From the NCBI GenBank assembly GCA_036845085.1, contig DAIUEN010000003.1, positions 1-28,684 on the forward strand: a stretch of DNA of 28,684 nt, read 5' to 3'. A program made the translations under genes and the position numbers. Each line of letters begins with the position of its first letter. Positions within the stretch are counted from its first letter, which is position 1. This document shows positions 24,164 through 28,684 of this stretch, in pieces. The notes beneath the pieces are model-generated. The model searched no databases and had not been told where the DNA came from. It saw only the letters and a program-made list of their open reading frames with translations. The stretch comes from Candidatus Nanopusillus sp. (GTDB taxonomy: Archaea > Nanobdellota > Nanobdellia > Nanobdellales > Nanobdellaceae).

Positions 24164-24182
24164 TTTTATACATCTTTAAAAA

Positions 24183-24737
24183 ATGGCTACATGGAAATTA
24201 GTAAATGTGGTTGCAACAGTAAGCTTTAATATAAAGCTTCCTCTAGATTTGATTGCTACAAAATTAGAAAATACAAGATACGATCCAGAACAATTTCCGG
24301 GACTTGTATTTAGACCAGATCCTAAAAGTAGGAAAACAGCACTAATATTTAACTCTGGAAAAATAAATGTAACTGGAGCAGAGGGAGAAGAAGACGTAAA
24401 AGAAATAGTTGAAAAAATTAGAGAAAAATTGAAAGAAATAGGAATAGACCTGCCAAATAAATATGAAGTTAAATTCCAGAACTTCGTAGTTAGGGGTAAA
24501 TTCAAATACGATTCCATAGATATATTAAGGATGGCTGAAGAGATAGATGGAGCTCAATACAATCCAGAACAATTTCCAGCAGTTATAGTACCATATAATA
24601 AGGATAATATCAATGTAAAATTTACTGTATTTAGTAACGGTAACTTCATCTGCGCCGGACTTAAAGATGTAAAAAAAGTTAAAGAAGTTGTAGAATCATT
24701 TGAAAATGAAGTTTTATCAAAGTATTCTATAAAATAA
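24183..24737 (+). CDS. tbp: TATA-box binding protein
   Basis: Two TBP repeats, each with the PEQFPG/A motif (YDPEQFPGLVFR and YNPEQFPAVIVP). The first repeat also has LIFNSGKINVTGA. The second repeat is visibly more divergent. Confidence 0.9.
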   Translation: MATWKLVNVVATVSFNIKLPLDLIATKLENTRYDPEQFPGLVFRPDPKSRKTALIFNSGKINVTGAEGEEDVKEIVEKIREKLKEIGIDLPNKYEVKFQNFVVRGKFKYDSIDILRMAEEIDGAQYNPEQFPAVIVPYNKDNINVKFTVFSNGNFICAGLKDVKKVKEVVESFENEVLSKYSIK

Positions 24738-24742
24738 ATTCA

Positions 24743-24752
24743 TTTTTAAAAG
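24743..24752 (+). promoter_or_regulatory. TATA-like box (TTTTTAAAAG) at -31..-22 of the psmB ATG
   Basis: Hand-counted spacing in the 36-nt tbp-psmB spacer. Confidence 0.35.
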
Positions 24753-24773
24753 GTTTTTCAAAAATATCTTAAA

Positions 24774-25397
24774 ATGGAAGTTAAAAGTGGTACTACTATA
24801 GTTGCTATAAAGTTCAAAGATGGAGTAATATTAGCATCGGATAAAAGGACATCTGCTGGATTTATAATCTTTAATAAACAAGCAGAAAAATTACATCAAA
24901 TAACCGATACTATAATAATGGGTGCTGCTGGATTAGTTGGGGATATAAATTATGTAGTAAAATTACTTAAAGCAAATGCAAAATTAAAAGAATTATCTTC
25001 TAAAAATAGAGTATATGCTAAAGAACTAGCAAATTTATTGGGTCTATTATTTAATCAATATAAATATTTCCCATTCCTTACAGAGGTCATAATTGCTGGT
25101 AAAGATGAAAATGATTATTATATATACACTATAGATGAAGCTGGAGGGATATCAAAATTTAAAGATTACACTTCTACAGGTTCTGGAATGCTCTACGCAT
25201 TAGGTGTATTAGAAGCAGAATATAAAGAAAATATGGATTTATCTGAAGCAAAAGAATTAGCTAAAAAAGCAGTAAAAGCGGCTATAGAAAGAGATATGGG
25301 ATCTGGAGATGGAATAGAAATATGGGTATTAACCGATAAAGGACTTGAAAAAGAAGTATATACAATAGAAAAAATGGCTAAAAAAAACATAAATTAA
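24774..25397 (+). CDS. psmB: Proteasome beta subunit
   Basis: A short propeptide MEVKSG followed by the catalytic-Thr N-terminus TTIVAIKFKDGVILASDKR, with GSG later in the sequence. Confidence 0.9.
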   Translation: MEVKSGTTIVAIKFKDGVILASDKRTSAGFIIFNKQAEKLHQITDTIIMGAAGLVGDINYVVKLLKANAKLKELSSKNRVYAKELANLLGLLFNQYKYFPFLTEVIIAGKDENDYYIYTIDEAGGISKFKDYTSTGSGMLYALGVLEAEYKENMDLSEAKELAKKAVKAAIERDMGSGDGIEIWVLTDKGLEKEVYTIEKMAKKNIN

Positions 25398-25447
25398 TTT
25401 TTAAACATAATAAATAATTTAACTATATTACTTTACATTAATTTTTC

Positions 25448-27301
25448 ATGATGAATTCAATAAAAGACCAAATAATTAAAGAATTCAATGATGACGACAT
25501 AGAAAAAATAAGTTTTGAGGCAGCAAAGATAGTAATATATGTAAATAAGAAAGACCTATTTATTAATGGTATAGAAATTGGAAAAAATCTTGCACAAAAA
25601 TATAAAAAAAGGATTGAAATAAGAATGAATCCAAAACTATTAGAAAGCGATGAAAAAATTAAAGAGAAAGTTTTGAGTATATTAAATGGTATAAAGATAA
25701 AGGATATCTATATAGAAAGACATAGATCTGTTCTAGTAATTGAAGCTTATAATCCAAATCTAGTTAATGAAAAATTAGAACAAATAAGAAGAGAAACTTT
25801 GTGCTCTGTTTATGTGAAACGAGCTCCTTTAAAATCTTCTAAAATAATAAATGCTGTAAGATCCTATCTTCACAAAATATCAAAATATAGATCAGAATTT
25901 CTAAATAATGTAGGAGAAGTTATAGTATCTAAAAGAATTGAAAAAAATAAATATCCAAGAATTATATTTTTAGGATCTGCAAGAGAGGTGGGAAGATCTG
26001 CATTTTTATTACAGACAAAAGAAAGTAATATACTATTAGATTGTGGGCTAGGTGTTGGTAATTATGCAGAAGACAAATACCCATTTATTAATATTCCAGA
26101 ATTTGATATAAATTCTCTAGATGCTGTGATTATATCACATGCTCATCTAGACCACATAGGATTCTTGCCTTACCTATTCAGAATAGGATGGAAAGGACCA
26201 ATATATTTAACTGAACCTACTAGAGATGTTGGAGCATTAGTTATGTTAGATTACATAAAAGTAAGTAATAAACAGCTAAAGCAAGCAATATATGAAGGAA
26301 AACATATAAGAGACTTCCTTAAACATACAATAACTTTATATTATGATGAAGTAACAGATATTACATCTGATATAAAAATAACATTTAAGAGGGCCAATCA
26401 CATATTAGGTTCTGCTATGGTACATATAAATATAGAAAATAAACACAATATACTTTATTCTGGAGATTACAAATATTTTGGTACTAAATTATTAGAAAGG
26501 CCAGACACTAGATTTGTTAGATTAGAAACTTTAATAACTGAAAGTACATATGGTGGTAATAATGATTTTCATCCAAATAGGGAAGAAACTGAGAAACAAT
26601 TTATCTATGATATAAAAGAAACGATTGAAAAAGGTGGGAAAGTATTAATACCTTCTTTAGCTGTGGGAAGGGCTCAAGATATAATATTAACATTAACAGA
26701 AGCTATGGATAATAAAATATTACCAGAAGTAAATATATACTTAGAAGGTATTTTATGGGAAACTTCTATGATTCATACAGCATATCCAGAATTTTTAAGT
26801 ACAGAATTAAGAAATAAAATTGAATCCGGATTAAACCCTTTCGAAAGAGAAAATGTAATTAGATCTTCTTCAAAAGAAAGATCTCAAATAATGGAAAGTA
26901 GAGAACCTGCAATTATAATAGCTACTTCGGGTATGATGCAGGGAGGACCAATAGTAGATTACTTTTCTATGGCTGCGGAAGATGAAAAAAATTTATTAGC
27001 TTTAGTATCATATCAAGCACCCAGTACTTTAGGAAGAAGATTGCTAGATGGGGAAAAAGAAATATTTATAAATGATAAAAAAATTAACGTAAAAATAAGG
27101 ATAAAAAAATATGATGGATTTTCTGGTCATGCAGATAGAAGAGAAATCTTATCATTCATCAATCATATAAGACCAACGCCAAAACAAATATTTATTGTTC
27201 ATGGAGAAGAAAACAAAACAATTGAGCTAGCAAGCTCTATAATAAAAAGATTTAGAATACCAACATATAATCCAAAAATAGGAGATATAATTGCCCTTTA
27301 G
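25448..27301 (+). CDS. aCPSF1-type beta-CASP metallo-beta-lactamase ribonuclease with N-terminal KH domains
   Basis: An N-terminal KH-like region of about 170 aa, then GSAREVGRS, the HxHxDH motif ISHAHLDHIG, a beta-CASP region and C-terminal GFSGHADR...VHGE. Confidence 0.85.
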   Translation: MMNSIKDQIIKEFNDDDIEKISFEAAKIVIYVNKKDLFINGIEIGKNLAQKYKKRIEIRMNPKLLESDEKIKEKVLSILNGIKIKDIYIERHRSVLVIEAYNPNLVNEKLEQIRRETLCSVYVKRAPLKSSKIINAVRSYLHKISKYRSEFLNNVGEVIVSKRIEKNKYPRIIFLGSAREVGRSAFLLQTKESNILLDCGLGVGNYAEDKYPFINIPEFDINSLDAVIISHAHLDHIGFLPYLFRIGWKGPIYLTEPTRDVGALVMLDYIKVSNKQLKQAIYEGKHIRDFLKHTITLYYDEVTDITSDIKITFKRANHILGSAMVHINIENKHNILYSGDYKYFGTKLLERPDTRFVRLETLITESTYGGNNDFHPNREETEKQFIYDIKETIEKGGKVLIPSLAVGRAQDIILTLTEAMDNKILPEVNIYLEGILWETSMIHTAYPEFLSTELRNKIESGLNPFERENVIRSSSKERSQIMESREPAIIIATSGMMQGGPIVDYFSMAAEDEKNLLALVSYQAPSTLGRRLLDGEKEIFINDKKINVKIRIKKYDGFSGHADRREILSFINHIRPTPKQIFIVHGEENKTIELASSIIKRFRIPTYNPKIGDIIAL

Positions 27302-27308
27302 TAATATA

Positions 27309-27920
27309 TTACTTCTTTGGTAAAGACTTTTTTAATAAACTTATATGCTCTTCCGTTAATTGAACTTCATTAAACTTTTCTAATTCTATTTTACCATCTT
27401 TTATTTTTATCCTATTAAATACAAATTTCTTATTGTCTAAATCTACTGTAAATGTTCGAATTTCTTTCAATTTACTTAGATATTCCATTAAATCCTTATT
27501 TTCTATTATTTTAAATAGCCTATCTGTTGCTATAAAAGTTCTAGTATGAAATATCAAAATACCATAATATTTAATATCCTTTAAAAATCTTATAGTTTCT
27601 ACTGCTTCCTCAACAACTTCAGATATTCTTTGTTCTCCACCAAATAATAACATTAATGCATCATATTTCTTTATATTTGCTTTTAATTTTTCAAAATCTT
27701 CTTTATATAAATATACCATTCCTATATTTTCTTTATATCCAACTTTACCGATAAAACTAGACAATGTTGCTGCAGACATGGCAGAACAGATTCTATCTGG
27801 GTAAATTACTAATGCTACTCTATTTACTCCATCTAATATATTTTCTCCAACTATTTTCCCTGTTAGTACCCTTAGATAAATTTCTTCCCCAATAGATAAT
27901 AAAGACATCTTATCTTCCAT
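27309..27920 (-). CDS. Hypothetical protein (203 aa), alternating beta/alpha appearance
   Basis: ORF with hydrophobic strand-like segments (VALVIYPD, ALMLLFGGEQ, YGILIFHT). No motif I can assign. Confidence 0.45.
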   Translation of the reverse strand: MEDKMSLLSIGEEIYLRVLTGKIVGENILDGVNRVALVIYPDRICSAMSAATLSSFIGKVGYKENIGMVYLYKEDFEKLKANIKKYDALMLLFGGEQRISEVVEEAVETIRFLKDIKYYGILIFHTRTFIATDRLFKIIENKDLMEYLSKLKEIRTFTVDLDNKKFVFNRIKIKDGKIELEKFNEVQLTEEHISLLKKSLPKK

Positions 27921-27968
27921 AACGATGTTATTTATTAATAAATTTTTAAAATAAAACTACCTCTATAT

Positions 27969-28022
27969 ATTGATGAAGAGTTTGCCGAGTTCTGAAAAAT
28001 GATGAATCTTACCCATTCTGAC
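27969..28022 (+). ncRNA. C/D-box sRNA (2'-O-methylation guide)
   Basis: C box TGATGA 27971-27976. 15-nt guide agagtttgccgagtt. D' box CTGA 27992-27995. 4-nt linker. C' box TGATGA 28000-28005. 12-nt guide atcttacccatt. D box CTGA 28018-28021. It sits in a divergent intergenic spacer. The exact ends are uncertain. Confidence 0.65.
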
Positions 28023-28023
28023 A

Positions 28024-28033
28024 ATATTTAAAG
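28024..28033 (+). promoter_or_regulatory. TATA-like box (ATATTTAAAG) at -32..-23 of the tmk ATG
   Basis: Hand-counted. It starts 3 nt after the D box of the sRNA. Confidence 0.35.
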
Positions 28034-28055
28034 AAGAAATGTTATTTAATAATTT

Positions 28056-28649
28056 ATGTATATTGCCATTGATGGAATAGATGGATCTGGAAAAACAACA
28101 ATATCGGAGATGTTGTATAAAATTTTATCTAAGAAGTATGATAAAGTATTATTAGTAAAAGAACCTTATGATTCTGATATTAAGAAAAAAATAAAAGGAA
28201 TTATTTCGAATGATCATGAAAAGAACTTAGATTATGGACATTTATTAGCTTTACTTTTTGCCGCGGATAGAAGCATAAAAAATATAGAATTAAAAAAATA
28301 CATAAATGAAAAATATATTATTATTTCAGACAGAAGTATTTATTCTATGTTTTCTTATCAAACAATATATAATGGTATAGACATAGAGTGGCTATTATGT
28401 ATATCCAGACACATAATAAAACCAGATATAACATTTATATTAGATATAAATCCAGAAGAAGCGATTAAAAGAATATATTCTAGGAAAAATAAAACCACAT
28501 CCTACGAAAGACTTCATATTCTTAAAAAAGTTAGGGAAAATTTCCTAAAATTAAGAGAAATATTTCCAAATGAAAAAATAATCTACTTAAATGCTGAAAA
28601 AGATCCTGAAGAAATATTAAAAGATATTTTAGAAATTCTTAAAATTTAG
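28056..28649 (+). CDS. tmk: Thymidylate kinase
   Basis: N-terminal YIAIDGIDGSGKTT P-loop, the DRS motif (SDRSIYS), a lid-like region RKNKTTSYE and a length of about 197 aa. Confidence 0.85.
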   Translation: MYIAIDGIDGSGKTTISEMLYKILSKKYDKVLLVKEPYDSDIKKKIKGIISNDHEKNLDYGHLLALLFAADRSIKNIELKKYINEKYIIISDRSIYSMFSYQTIYNGIDIEWLLCISRHIIKPDITFILDINPEEAIKRIYSRKNKTTSYERLHILKKVRENFLKLREIFPNEKIIYLNAEKDPEEILKDILEILKI

Positions 28650-28684
28650 ACCATAATATATACAACTTTGGAATTTATAAATTT

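Noticed and set aside
1119-25390. Antisense or overlapping ORFs in the track: 1119-1322, 2229-2441, 2472-2711, 3140-3355, 4853-5110, 7116-7454, 9177-9407, 12393-12644, 13798-14025, 14122-14370, 16839-17021, 18179-18388, 19959-20240, 20141-20416, 22201-22638, 22963-23160, 24176-24517 and 25193-25390.
   Set aside because: Each lies inside and opposite, or out of frame with, a confidently identified conserved gene. They have low-complexity Ile/Leu/Phe/Ser-rich composition, as expected from antisense AT-rich coding sequence. None has independent start-context support.
25448-25520. ATGATGA and TGATGA words at the start of the aCPSF1 gene, plus other in-gene TGATGA words (about 14389, 15411, 16421 and 22131), considered as further C/D-box sRNAs.
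   Set aside because: None has correctly spaced CTGA D/D' boxes within about 60 nt, and all lie inside coding sequence.
1-28684. CRISPR arrays, rRNA genes, RNase P or SRP RNA, transposases and toxin-antitoxin pairs.
   Set aside because: There are no regularly spaced direct repeats. The only GC-rich islands are the three tRNAs. No ORF has recognisable transposase, integrase, Cas or toxin motifs.

Overview
This is a very AT-rich (by eye about three quarters A+T), gene-dense archaeal chromosome segment with almost no intergenic space. I support about 33 protein genes, three tRNAs (Arg-GCG, Ile-UAU with a 16-nt intron, Trp-CCA) and one C/D-box sRNA. Most content is core housekeeping: archaeal adenylate kinase, TrmY, AlaRS, stalk protein P1, class V FBP aldolase/phosphatase, MCM, aIF-2beta, a DUF424-like protein, a compact NMD3, aIF-1A, stomatin, a PfkB kinase, EF-1alpha, a membrane DsbA-like oxidoreductase, IleRS, TBP, proteasome beta, aCPSF1 and thymidylate kinase. 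Several traits point, by inference, to a reduced-genome thermophilic archaeon of the Nanoarchaeota/DPANN type: GC-only tRNA stems in an AT-rich background, a genomically encoded tRNA-Ile(UAU), scrambled operons, leaderless-type promoter spacing and many 1-11 nt gene overlaps. It is not N. equitans itself, because AlaRS is unsplit and a gluconeogenic FBPase is present. I saw no CRISPR array, rRNA, transposase or integrase. The observations most worth follow-up are: (1) a perfect 48-nt inverted repeat (tRNA 3' portion plus 19 nt of trailer) bracketing an 8.3 kb gene block; (2) a family of tiny pilin-like membrane proteins and a 730-aa Cys/Asn/Tyr-rich surface protein that share a basic-SLxxExL-hydrophobic N-terminus; (3) an ORF absent from the supplied track that encodes a 53-56 aa extremely acidic, Trp-periodic microprotein inside a translation-factor cluster; (4) an OB-fold plus winged-helix gene translationally coupled to mcm; and (5) a C/D-box sRNA whose D' guide matches, from memory, a conserved LSU rRNA segment. 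Function calls rest on motif recognition by eye, because no searches could be run.
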